From positions 1-43,028 of the forward strand of contig PNIU01000035.1 of the NCBI GenBank assembly GCA_002878035.1: a stretch of DNA of 43,028 bases. The letters are read 5' to 3'. The stretch comes from Sulfurihydrogenibium sp. (GTDB lineage: Bacteria; Aquificota; Aquificia; Aquificales; Hydrogenothermaceae). The notes beneath the pieces are model-generated. The model saw only the letters and a program-made list of their open reading frames with translations. It was not told the DNA's origin and did no database searches. The translations under genes were made by a program, and so were the position numbers. Below, piece after piece: positions 30,990-41,230 of the stretch; position 1 is the first letter of the stretch; each line of letters begins with the position of its first letter.

Positions 30990-32006
30990 ATGATTGTTTT
31001 AGGAATAGAAAGCTCCTGTGATGACACCTCTGTAGCTGTTTACGACAGTGAAAGGGGTGTCCTTTCAAATGTAGTCTCTTCTCAGATTATTCATGCCAAC
31101 TTTGGTGGTGTTTATCCAGAGATAGCAGCCAGAGAGCATACAAAAAACTTTTTACCAGTTTTAGATAAAGCCCTTAAAGATGCTAAACTGTCTTTGAAAG
31201 ATGTTGATGCTGTTGCATGTACCTTTATGCCCGGTTTGATAGTATCCTTGGTTGTTGGTGTATCGGCTGCTAAATCTTTATCTTTTGCAGCTGAAAAACC
31301 CTTAATACCGGTTCATCACATAGAAGCCCATATATTCGCAAACTTTTTAGTGAAGGAAATAGAGTATCCATTTTTAGCTTTGGTTGTATCTGGTGGTCAT
31401 ACAGAGTTGGTTTTAGTTAAAGATTTTGAAGATTATGTTTATATAGGTGGGACTTTAGACGATGCTGTAGGAGAGGTTTTTGACAAAGTTGCAAGAGCTT
31501 TAGACTTAGGCTTTCCCGGTGGTCCATTCATAGATAGATTGGCTCAGCAAGGTAAAGAAGTGATAAAATTTCCAAGACCTTTGGTAGGTGAAAAAGGAGA
31601 AAACAGATTTAACTTTTCTTTCAGTGGTCTAAAAACTGCTGTAATAAAAGAAATAAGAAAAGGTATCTATTCAAAAGAAGATATTGCCGCTTCTTTTCAG
31701 AATGCGATAATCGAAACTCTTTTAAAAAAGACTTTAGATGCTTGTAATGAGTTTAAAGTTAATAGAGTTGTGATTGCAGGAGGAGTGTCTGCAAACTCAA
31801 AACTCAGGGAAGAAGTAAGTAAAATAAAAGATATAGAGTTTTACTATCCTCCGCTATACCTTTGCACAGATAATGCTGCAATGGTTGCTTATACAGGCTA
31901 CAAAAGGTTTGTAAAGTATGGAAAAGGTGTAGACCTATCTTTTGAAGCAAAAGCAAGGCTTAGAATAGATAAATTTCCTCAACTACTTAGAGATTTTCAT
32001 TCCTAA
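30990..32006 (+). CDS. tsaD: tRNA N6-adenosine threonylcarbamoyltransferase
   Basis: LGIESSCDDT, GGVYPEIAAREH, HHIEAH, VSGGHT, DDAVGE.FDK, FSFSGLKT, CTDNAAM. Confidence 0.97.
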   Translation: MIVLGIESSCDDTSVAVYDSERGVLSNVVSSQIIHANFGGVYPEIAAREHTKNFLPVLDKALKDAKLSLKDVDAVACTFMPGLIVSLVVGVSAAKSLSFAAEKPLIPVHHIEAHIFANFLVKEIEYPFLALVVSGGHTELVLVKDFEDYVYIGGTLDDAVGEVFDKVARALDLGFPGGPFIDRLAQQGKEVIKFPRPLVGEKGENRFNFSFSGLKTAVIKEIRKGIYSKEDIAASFQNAIIETLLKKTLDACNEFKVNRVVIAGGVSANSKLREEVSKIKDIEFYYPPLYLCTDNAAMVAYTGYKRFVKYGKGVDLSFEAKARLRIDKFPQLLRDFHS

Positions 32007-32066
32007 TATTCCTGCAAATATAATAACTGCAAAGAATATAACTATTACAATGATTATGTTTTCCAT
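31983..32066 (-). CDS. Small single-pass membrane peptide not in the ORF track, 27 aa (MENIIIVIVIFFAVIIFAGILGMKISK)
   Basis: ATG at 32066, GAGGA SD (32074-32078) 7 nt upstream, 20 consecutive uncharged residues, acidic N-terminus and basic C-terminus, TAG at 31983-31985. Confidence 0.65.
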   Translation of the reverse strand: MENIIIVIVIFFAVIIFAGILGMKISK

Positions 32067-32088
32067 TACTTATTCCTCTTTTTAAGAG

Positions 32089-32116
32089 AAAAAGGGGCCT
32101 AAAGAAAGCCCCCTTT
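32089..32116 (-). terminator. Intrinsic terminator after atpD (probably also used by the convergent tsaD transcript)
   Basis: Minus-strand RNA GGGGGCU-UUCUUUA-GGCCCCU followed by UUUUCUCUU. Confidence 0.82.
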
Positions 32117-32121
32117 GTTTA

Positions 32122-33546
<1,425 letters not shown>

Positions 33547-33566
33547 CTATTTATCCTCCTTAATTT

Positions 33567-34445
33567 TTACTTAATTGCTTCTGCGGCGTTTATTATGTCT
33601 ATAAGTTCTGTTGTGATAGCTTCTTGTCTTGCTTTGTTAAAGATTATAGTCCACTTTCTTATAGCTTCTCCGGCGTTTTTGGTAGCGTTATCCATAGCTA
33701 TCATTCTTGCAGAATGCTCTGCTGTAGAAGACTCTACTAAAGCTCTGTATAGTTGGAAGTTTATGTATCTTTGAAGTAAGGAGTTTAAAATATCTTCTTT
33801 TGAAGGTTCTATGTTGTAAATAGTCATTTCGTCGTATTTTTTTGAAGAAGATTCCGGTGGCTCTAAAGGTAAAAGCTGTCTAATTTTAGTCTCGTAAGTA
33901 GAAGAAGTTATAAGCTCGTTGTTTATAACGTAAATGGCGTCCGTTTTTTCTTCTACAAACCTTGAAGAAAGTATTCCACCAACGATAGATGTAAAGGATA
34001 TATTAACTTGATTTCTGTAAACATCTTCGTAAGAAGCTACTATGTTTATCCCTTTGTTCTTAAAGAAGTTTACACCTTTTCTTCCGATGAGGATTAGGTT
34101 TACATTTTTTCCTTGAGATTGAAAGTTCTGAATCTCTTTCCAAGCTGCTTTGATTACGTTTGAGTTAAAAGCTCCAGCCAAACCTCTATCAGCAGTAATA
34201 ACTACAAGGTCTACAGATTTTATTTCTCTTTTAGCTAAAAGAGGGTGAGAATCTCTGTCTATGTAAATTGATAAGTCAGCTATCATTTCGTAAAGTTTGT
34301 TTGAGTAAGGTCTTGTTGCGTAAAGAAGGTTCTGGGCCTTCCTTAACTTGGCCGCAGAAACCATTTTCATTGCAGAGGTTATTCTTCTTGTGTTTTTTAT
34401 ACCGTTTATTTTTCTTTTAATATCCCTTGGAGATAGTTTAGCCAT
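33567..34445 (-). CDS. atpG: F1 ATP synthase gamma subunit
   Basis: ITSAMKMVSAAK, DRGLAGAFN, ARMIAMDNAT.NA, RQEAITTEL. Confidence 0.98.
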   Translation of the reverse strand: MAKLSPRDIKRKINGIKNTRRITSAMKMVSAAKLRKAQNLLYATRPYSNKLYEMIADLSIYIDRDSHPLLAKREIKSVDLVVITADRGLAGAFNSNVIKAAWKEIQNFQSQGKNVNLILIGRKGVNFFKNKGINIVASYEDVYRNQVNISFTSIVGGILSSRFVEEKTDAIYVINNELITSSTYETKIRQLLPLEPPESSSKKYDEMTIYNIEPSKEDILNSLLQRYINFQLYRALVESSTAEHSARMIAMDNATKNAGEAIRKWTIIFNKARQEAITTELIDIINAAEAIK

Positions 34446-34456
34446 CTTTCATCTCC

Positions 34457-35971
34457 TTAGAATGCGACTTTTTGCTTAAACTCTTTAACAGCCGCATCAA
34501 GTTTTGCTTTTATATCATCAGTTAAGGCTTTCTCTCTTCTGATTGCTTCTAAAATATCTGGTTTTTCTGTGTCTAAGAATGTGTAAAACTCTTTTTCAAA
34601 TTTTTGGATTGCGTTAACAGGAACGTCGTCTAAGTATCCTTGACCTGCTACGTAGATTATAGCTACTTGTTTTTCTACAGGAACTGGTTGGTTTGGTGGT
34701 TGTTTTAGAAGTTCAACCATTCTTTGTCCTCTTGCTATCTGAGCTTGCGTAGCTTTATCAAGGTCAGAGGCAAATTGAACGAAAGCTTCAAGCTCTCTAA
34801 ACTGGGCAAGGTCCAATCTAAGGGTACCAGCTACCTGTTTCATAGCTTTTATTTGAGCTGCACCACCAACCCTTGAAACTGATATACCAACGTTTATCGC
34901 AGGTCTTATACCTTTGTAGAAAAGGTCAGCTTCAAGGAATATCTGACCGTCAGTAATAGATATTACGTTTGTAGGAATGTATGCTGCAACGTCACCAGCT
35001 TGGGTTTCGATTATAGGTAAAGCCGTTAAAGAACCGGCTCCAAGTTCATCGTTTAATTTTGCTGCTCTCTCAAGGAGTCTTGAGTGTAGGTAGAAAACGT
35101 CACCTGGATAAGCTTCTCTTCCCGGAGGTCTTCTTAAAAGAAGTGAAAGCTGTCTGTAAGCGTAAGCATGTTTTGTAAGGTCGTCGTATATAACAAGGGC
35201 GTGCATTCCGTTGTCTCTAAAGTATTCACCTATAGTACAACCAACAAACGGTGCTATATACTGCATTGTTGCTGGGTCAGAAGCCGTAGCCGCTACAACA
35301 GTCGTGTATTCCATAGCTCCGTGTTTTTGCAAAGTTTCAACTATTTGAACTACGTTTGATCTCTTTTGACCTATAGCAACGTATATACAGTAAACTCCTT
35401 GTCCTTTTTGGTTTAGTATTGTGTCTATAGCTATTGTTGTTTTTCCTGTTGCTCTATCACCGATTATAAGCTCCCTTTGTCCTCTTCCGATTGGTATCAT
35501 AGCGTCGATAGCCTTTATACCAGTTTGGAGTGGCTCATGGACAGACTTTCTTTTTACTACACCTGGAGCGATTTTTTCAACTGGAGAGTAGTAAGCGATA
35601 TCTGTTATAGGTCCTTTACCGTCGATAGGGTTTCCAAGACCATCAACAACTCTACCAAGTAAACCTTTACCTACAGGGATAGATAAGATTCTTCCTGTTC
35701 TTTTTACAACGCTACCTTCTCTAACGTTTACGTCAGAGCCAAGTAAAACTGCACCTACGTTGTCTTCCTCAAGGTTGAAAACAACTCCTACAACACCACC
35801 TTCAAATTCGAGCATCTCTCCCATCATTGCTTTTTCAAGACCGTAGATACGAGCAACACCGTCACCAACCTGAATAACAGTACCGATTTCCTCAAGGTTG
35901 GCGGAAGCTTCAAACTCTTGAAGTTGTTTGTTTAACTGCTCTAAAACCTCATCAGCTCTTATTACAGACAT
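34457..35971 (-). CDS. atpA: F1 ATP synthase alpha subunit
   Basis: [40 protein letters not shown]. Confidence 0.98.
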   Translation of the reverse strand: MSVIRADEVLEQLNKQLQEFEASANLEEIGTVIQVGDGVARIYGLEKAMMGEMLEFEGGVVGVVFNLEEDNVGAVLLGSDVNVREGSVVKRTGRILSIPVGKGLLGRVVDGLGNPIDGKGPITDIAYYSPVEKIAPGVVKRKSVHEPLQTGIKAIDAMIPIGRGQRELIIGDRATGKTTIAIDTILNQKGQGVYCIYVAIGQKRSNVVQIVETLQKHGAMEYTTVVAATASDPATMQYIAPFVGCTIGEYFRDNGMHALVIYDDLTKHAYAYRQLSLLLRRPPGREAYPGDVFYLHSRLLERAAKLNDELGAGSLTALPIIETQAGDVAAYIPTNVISITDGQIFLEADLFYKGIRPAINVGISVSRVGGAAQIKAMKQVAGTLRLDLAQFRELEAFVQFASDLDKATQAQIARGQRMVELLKQPPNQPVPVEKQVAIIYVAGQGYLDDVPVNAIQKFEKEFYTFLDTEKPDILEAIRREKALTDDIKAKLDAAVKEFKQKVAF

Positions 35972-35993
35972 CTATCTTTAACCTCCTGATATA

Positions 35994-36542
35994 TTAAAAT
36001 CTTGTTAATGCTTTTTCTAACTGTTTTAAGTAGTTTCTTACGGAAGCATCGAGAATGTAGCTTCCGGCTTTTATAACCGCTCCTCCAAGGATACTTCTAT
36101 CCTCTTTTACCGTAAACTCTATCTTTTTACCGATTTTAGACTCTAAAACATTTTTTATACGGTTTAAAAGTTCATCGTCTATAGGATAAGCCGTTACTAT
36201 CTCTCCTTGAACGGTAGAGAAAAGTTTTTCTACTTCAAATCTAAAGGCTTTGTTTAACTCTTTCAAAACGTTTCCTTTGTTTTCTTTTACAGCGAGAAGT
36301 AAGAAAGGTTTTACTTCTTCTGGTAGATTTAAGATGGCAAAGACTTTTGATAAAGCTTTCTCTTTTTCTTCAAAAGGTAAGTTGGGATTTAGTATTATGT
36401 TTCTAAGAGTTGTGTTTGATTTGTAAGCAGATGCTAAAAGGTCTAAATTTTTTGATATTTGGGAAAGTTTTTCTTCGTCTGAACCTGCTACTTTCAGTAT
36501 TCCTTTAACTATTTGCTTCATAAACTTTTTATCAACTTTCAC
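35994..36542 (-). CDS. atpH: F1 ATP synthase delta subunit
   Basis: Position between b and alpha; C-terminal D.SILGG..I..G...LDASV. Confidence 0.92.
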   Translation of the reverse strand: MKVDKKFMKQIVKGILKVAGSDEEKLSQISKNLDLLASAYKSNTTLRNIILNPNLPFEEKEKALSKVFAILNLPEEVKPFLLLAVKENKGNVLKELNKAFRFEVEKLFSTVQGEIVTAYPIDDELLNRIKNVLESKIGKKIEFTVKEDRSILGGAVIKAGSYILDASVRNYLKQLEKALTRF

Positions 36543-36543
36543 C

Positions 36544-37080
36544 TTAAGCCTCCAATCCTTTTATGGTTTTGTTGATTATAGCTTTACTTGTTTCACTATC
36601 TACTTTTTGAGAAAGTAGATTTTGAGCTACTTCTATAGCTTTTTGAGTTGCGTATCTTTTAAGCTTAAGTTCTGCTTTCTTTACTTCTATATCGATTGTT
36701 TCTTTCGCTTGTGCTTTTATTCTTTCTGCTATTTCGTTAGCTTGGGCTAAAGCTTGCTTTCTTTCGTTTTCTGCTGTTTCTTTAGCAAGTTTTATTCCTT
36801 CTTCAAGTTTGTAGTTTGCTTCTTCTAACTTTCTTTTTGCTTCTTGTAAGGCTTTTATACTATCTTCCTTAGCTTTTTGAGCTTCCAAAACCATGTTTGC
36901 TACGGCTTGTCTTCTATCTTCTAAAAACTTTTTAATATGTTTTCCACCAAAGTAAGCTACTATGGCTAATAGTACAACTGTATTAATAGCTTTCCAAATT
37001 AAAATTTTAGACTCTTCTCCACCTTCTCCCGCAAAAGACATTCCAACAACGAATAAACCAATTAAAAGAGCTTTTTTCAT
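36544..37080 (-). CDS. atpF: Fo subunit b with N-terminal signal-peptide-like extension
   Basis: WKAIN.. TM helix, RR motif, long Ala/Glu/Lys coiled coil. Confidence 0.92.
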   Translation of the reverse strand: MKKALLIGLFVVGMSFAGEGGEESKILIWKAINTVVLLAIVAYFGGKHIKKFLEDRRQAVANMVLEAQKAKEDSIKALQEAKRKLEEANYKLEEGIKLAKETAENERKQALAQANEIAERIKAQAKETIDIEVKKAELKLKRYATQKAIEVAQNLLSQKVDSETSKAIINKTIKGLEA

Positions 37081-37517
37081 GCTGCCTTCTCCTTTAGAGT
37101 TAGTTTATCTACTATTTTCTCGGCTATTTTTTCTATGGATATATCTAACGTCTTTGTTTCTATCTCAACTATTCTATTTATATCCTTTTTAGCTTCTTCT
37201 ATTTCTCTCTCGGCTTCTTCCTGAGCTTTTCTGATTATTTCTGCAACCATCTGGTTTGTTTCTCTGCTTGATTGTTCGAGTATCTTTTTACTTTCTTCTT
37301 TTACTTTTGAAAGTATAGCGTCAACTTCTTTAAGTATCTCTTGGGCTTGTTGGTTGTTAACTTCGGCTTCCTGTAAAAGTTTTTTTACTGTGGATTCTCT
37401 TTCTTCAAAAGCTTCAAGGTAAGGTTGGAAGTAAATCTTTTTCATTATGAACATAAAGATTAAGAAAAGGCCAAGTTGTATAAATAAAGTGTAATCAAGG
37501 TTTATCGTTACGTGCAT
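37077..37517 (-). CDS. atpF': Fo subunit b'
   Basis: TLFIQLGLFLIFMF TM, P......ER, coiled coil; AAGGAGG SD; ATGA-coupled to atpF. Confidence 0.9.
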   Translation of the reverse strand: MHVTINLDYTLFIQLGLFLIFMFIMKKIYFQPYLEAFEERESTVKKLLQEAEVNNQQAQEILKEVDAILSKVKEESKKILEQSSRETNQMVAEIIRKAQEEAEREIEEAKKDINRIVEIETKTLDISIEKIAEKIVDKLTLKEKAA

Positions 37518-37547
37518 AAACTCCTCCTTACTTTCTTTAATTTGGAT

Positions 37548-37595
37548 ATTATAATACCAGAAATTTTTAGTAAATTCAAAATTTTTTGTTATAAT
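37548..37595. promoter_or_regulatory. Back-to-back promoters for the atp operon and nuoG-argJ
   Basis: TATAAT on the minus strand at 37548-37553 and TGTTATAAT on the plus strand at 37587-37595. Confidence 0.55.
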
Positions 37596-37625
37596 TTTTC
37601 AACATTGCTTTGTTTGAGGTGTATT

Positions 37626-39506
37626 ATGGAGAAGGTAACGGTTAAGATAGATGGTATCGAAGTTCAGGTTGATAAAGGCACGACTGTTTTAGAAGCTGCA
37701 AAAAAAATAAATAAACTTATACCTACCTTCTGCTACCATGAAAAGTTGCCGATATTCGGTGGATGTAGAATGTGTCTTGTGTATGATGTTAAATCCAAAA
37801 GAAGTATAATCGCTTGTGGTAGCTACGTTTACGATGGTATGGAGATAGAGACAGAAAATCAGCAGATTTTAAACGACAGGAAGTTTATCCTTGAAATGCT
37901 TTTTACAAGGCATCCATTAGACTGTCCTATATGTGATAAAGCTGGGGAGTGTGATTTACAGAACTGGGGAACTTACTGGGGACCACAGAATAACGTTTTA
38001 CCTATAACACCTTTTGAAAAGATAAGACCAGAAGATGACTGGGAAAGTGATTACCTTGAATACGTTTCTAACAGATGTGTCCTTTGTATTAAATGTGTTA
38101 GTGTGTGTGATAACATAAACCAGTCCCACTCTCTTTTTCAGCTGGAAAGAGGCTTTGAGACTCTCATCTCTCCAGTGACAAAACCTATGGATAGTAGTAG
38201 CTGTGAGATGTGTGGTTTATGTGTTGATATATGCCCAGTTGGTGCTATACTTTTTAAACCTTTTAAATACAATGCAAGACCTTGGCTTTTAAACGAAACC
38301 TTTACTCACTGTAGCCTTTGTAGTCTTGGTTGTCCAGTTGTGATAGACCACGACGGTAAAAAGATATACAGGATAAGAAGCACTGCTGAACTGGAAATCT
38401 GCGCTAAACCTTACCTTGGATACGATGCTTACAACACAAACAGATTAAAAAATCCAAAGATACAAGGGAAAGATGTATCTTTTGACAATGCTTTGGAATT
38501 TATAGGTCAGATAATAAGCCAAAACCCTTCAAAAACTGCTTTGGTTGTTTCTCCTTACCTTTCAAACGAAGTTTTAGAAAAGATAAACAAACTTGGAATA
38601 ACCACTACATCTATAATAACGTTAGACCTTTTACCTTTACTTGAAGGCTTTGGAGATTACAACCCACCTGATTTTGAAGAGATTAAAAACGCAGAACATT
38701 ACGTTGTGATAGGAGACGATATAACAGATACTAATCCCGTTATCACATACTATATGAAAAAAAGAGTTGTTTATATAGGTGAACAGTTAGGTAGAATAAA
38801 GAAACTTTACCCAAACTTCATACAGGCGGAAGGTAGAGGAATCATAGAAAAGCTTAAGGAAAATGTAGAAGAGGGAAGTGTGATAGTATACTCTTCCTAC
38901 TTCTTTGGTGAGGACGCTAAATACCTTGGAGAAGTCTTAAGAAAGCTTCAGGAAGAGAAAAACTGTAAAGTAGTGATAGTTCCACCTTACCCAAACGGTT
39001 TTGGCATCGTAAATAACCTTAAAAGAATCTCTTCTTTTGTAAAAACACTTGATAAGATTTTATCTGGTGAGATAGAAAATCTTGTTATGTTTGGTGAAGA
39101 GATTTCATTATTTGTTGAGGAAGAAAAACTTAAAGAGATTTTCTCAAAACTAAAAAACAAAGTTCTGTTTACGCCTTTTGATGATGGTTTAGCCCTTGTT
39201 TGTGATGTTGTTATTCCTTTAAACACATGGGTGGAAGAAGATGGAAACTACGACTTTTTTACTGGTCAGAAAAAGTCAAAAACTTCTATAAAAAATAGCT
39301 TCAAAAACACTGAAATCATCGATAAAATCTTAAAGCATATTAACCCTACATCTAACTTAATAGAAGGTTTTGAATCAGATTGTACAATTCCTGAATGGAT
39401 AAACAGGTTTAAAACTAACATATGGGATGCTTCTTACTTTTCTTTAAGGTCAGAAAATCTTACAAACTGGAAAATAAAAAACCAAGAGGTGCTAAATGAA
39501 CGTTAA
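37626..39506 (+). CDS. nuoG: NADH-quinone oxidoreductase subunit G-like Fe-S protein, stand-alone
   Basis: IPTFCYH..L...GGCRMC, HPLDCPICDKAGECDLQ, CVLCIKCVSVC, CEMCGLCVDICP, CSLCSLGC. Start is ATG 37626 with a GAGG SD, not the track's 37512. Confidence 0.88.
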   Translation: MEKVTVKIDGIEVQVDKGTTVLEAAKKINKLIPTFCYHEKLPIFGGCRMCLVYDVKSKRSIIACGSYVYDGMEIETENQQILNDRKFILEMLFTRHPLDCPICDKAGECDLQNWGTYWGPQNNVLPITPFEKIRPEDDWESDYLEYVSNRCVLCIKCVSVCDNINQSHSLFQLERGFETLISPVTKPMDSSSCEMCGLCVDICPVGAILFKPFKYNARPWLLNETFTHCSLCSLGCPVVIDHDGKKIYRIRSTAELEICAKPYLGYDAYNTNRLKNPKIQGKDVSFDNALEFIGQIISQNPSKTALVVSPYLSNEVLEKINKLGITTTSIITLDLLPLLEGFGDYNPPDFEEIKNAEHYVVIGDDITDTNPVITYYMKKRVVYIGEQLGRIKKLYPNFIQAEGRGIIEKLKENVEEGSVIVYSSYFFGEDAKYLGEVLRKLQEEKNCKVVIVPPYPNGFGIVNNLKRISSFVKTLDKILSGEIENLVMFGEEISLFVEEEKLKEIFSKLKNKVLFTPFDDGLALVCDVVIPLNTWVEEDGNYDFFTGQKKSKTSIKNSFKNTEIIDKILKHINPTSNLIEGFESDCTIPEWINRFKTNIWDASYFSLRSENLTNWKIKNQEVLNER

Positions 39507-40656
39507 AATGGGTGTTGCAAAAGCTGGAATAAAACCTTCTGGAGACTACGATATACTTGTTTTAAAGTTTCCTGAATCTGTTTATTCTGCTGTTTTTACC
39601 CAAAATTCCTTGGCTGCAGCTCCTGTTTTGTATGACAGGTTAGTTTGTGAGATACAAGATAGAATATCAGCTATAGTGGTAAATAGTGGAAACGCTAACG
39701 CAGCAACTGGACAGAAAGGCTTTGAAAACGCCGAAAAAATGGCACAGATAACGGCTGAATGTTTGGGTTTAGATAAATCAGAAGTTTTAGTTTTTTCAAC
39801 GGGTGTTATAGGTGTGCAACTACCTATGGAAAAAGTAGAAAACGGTATAAAACAAGCCTGTCAAAACATGCAGGAGTTTGATTTAGAACTTGCTGCAAAA
39901 GCCATATCAACAACAGACGCTTTTTACAAGTATTACCAAACTACAGGAATGGTTGATGGTGAGATTTTTACAGTAAAAGGTATAGCAAAAGGTGCAGGTA
40001 TGATACACCCAAACATGGCTACGATGCTTGCTTACATATTCACAGATGTAAAAATAGATAAAAACCTTTTAGACAAAGCAACGAAGTTGGTTGTAGATAG
40101 AACTTTTAACTCTATATCTGTAGATGGATGTGAAAGCACAAACGATAGCTTTGTAGTTGTTGCAACTGGAGAGTCTAACGTTGAAATAAACGATACAAAC
40201 AGAGTTTACTTTGCAAAAAAGCTTTACGAAGTAGCCCTTGAACTTGCAAAAATGATAGTAAAAGATGGAGAAGGGGCAACCAAACTGATTGAGATAAATG
40301 TTTTTCAGGCTGCATCAAAAGATGAGGCAAAGAAGGTTGGAGAAGCTATAGCTACTTCAAATCTATTTAAAACTGCTATGTTTGGAAACGACCCTAACTG
40401 GGGAAGGATACTTTCAGCCGTTGGACAACTTCATTTAGATATAGACTTTTCAAAAGTTAAACTCTACTTAGGAAACTTTTTACTCTACGATGGAGAACCT
40501 GTAGAATTTGATAGGAAAGCAGCTTCCGAATACTTAAAAAACAGTAAAGAAGTTTTTATAAACCTTTACTTAGGAAGAGGTGAGGAAGAATGGACTTTCT
40601 ACACCTGTGATTTAGGCTACAAGTATGTTGAGATAAACGCAGAATACACAACTTAG
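39496..40656 (+). CDS. argJ: Ornithine acetyltransferase / N-acetylglutamate synthase ArgJ
   Basis: NSGNANAATG, STGVIG, KGAGMIHPNMATML (autocleavage Thr), DGEGATK, DPNWGRI, NAEYTT. Confidence 0.96.
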   Translation: MNVKMGVAKAGIKPSGDYDILVLKFPESVYSAVFTQNSLAAAPVLYDRLVCEIQDRISAIVVNSGNANAATGQKGFENAEKMAQITAECLGLDKSEVLVFSTGVIGVQLPMEKVENGIKQACQNMQEFDLELAAKAISTTDAFYKYYQTTGMVDGEIFTVKGIAKGAGMIHPNMATMLAYIFTDVKIDKNLLDKATKLVVDRTFNSISVDGCESTNDSFVVVATGESNVEINDTNRVYFAKKLYEVALELAKMIVKDGEGATKLIEINVFQAASKDEAKKVGEAIATSNLFKTAMFGNDPNWGRILSAVGQLHLDIDFSKVKLYLGNFLLYDGEPVEFDRKAASEYLKNSKEVFINLYLGRGEEEWTFYTCDLGYKYVEINAEYTT

Positions 40657-41219
40657 AATAATGTTTTTACCTCTTCCAACATACTTTTCCTTTCTTCGTC
40701 GCTAACGTAAGGCACCGCATAAAAAAGTTTATGATGAATAACACTCATTCCACAAAATTCAAATATTCCGCCTATAGTCTTTCTCAAACTTTCAGCCATT
40801 CCAGTTTGTTCAAAAAGTTCTTTTGGCTCACCAAGAGTGTTTATGATAATAACCTTTTTATCTGTAAGGAGAGGTTTTATTTCATTACCTTCTTCCTTGT
40901 AAGCAAAACCGTAAGAGAAGACCCTGTCTATGTAACCTTTCAAGATAGCCGGCATAGAGTACCACCATATAGGATGGATAAAAACTAAAGTTTCAGCTTT
41001 TGTTATAAGTTCCTGCTGCTGTTTTACGTCGTCTAAAACCTTTCCAGACATTATAGCTTCAAAGTCAGCTGGTTTTAAAACTGGGTCAAAGTTTATTTTG
41101 TATAAATCAACAGTTTCAAAAGTTTTACCTTTTTGTTTTATGGTTTCTTCTACCGTATTTTTTATTGCTGCGTTAAAACTTGCTGGATTTGGATGAGCAT
41201 ATACTATTAAGTAGTCCAT
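40653..41219 (-). CDS. Flavodoxin-fold NAD(P)H:quinone oxidoreductase (MdaB/KefF-like)
   Basis: YAHP..SFN, DLY...F.P, PIWWYSMPAILKGYIDRVF..GFAY. Confidence 0.92.
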   Translation of the reverse strand: MDYLIVYAHPNPASFNAAIKNTVEETIKQKGKTFETVDLYKINFDPVLKPADFEAIMSGKVLDDVKQQQELITKAETLVFIHPIWWYSMPAILKGYIDRVFSYGFAYKEEGNEIKPLLTDKKVIIINTLGEPKELFEQTGMAESLRKTIGGIFEFCGMSVIHHKLFYAVPYVSDEERKSMLEEVKTLF

Positions 41220-41230
41220 TTTATTCCTCC

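Noticed and set aside
37512-37625. N-terminal extensions in the ORF track (also nuoK, nuoJ, nuoH, nuoB, hemerythrin)
   Set aside because: Downstream ATGs fit family length better and mostly have better SD sequences; the 37512 extension spans a promoter region.
37626-39506. Formate dehydrogenase alpha or [FeFe]-hydrogenase call for the NuoG-like protein
   Set aside because: No H-cluster motifs and no recognisable Mo/W-ligating Cys/Sec motif; HPLDCPICDKAGECDLQ is the NuoG signature.
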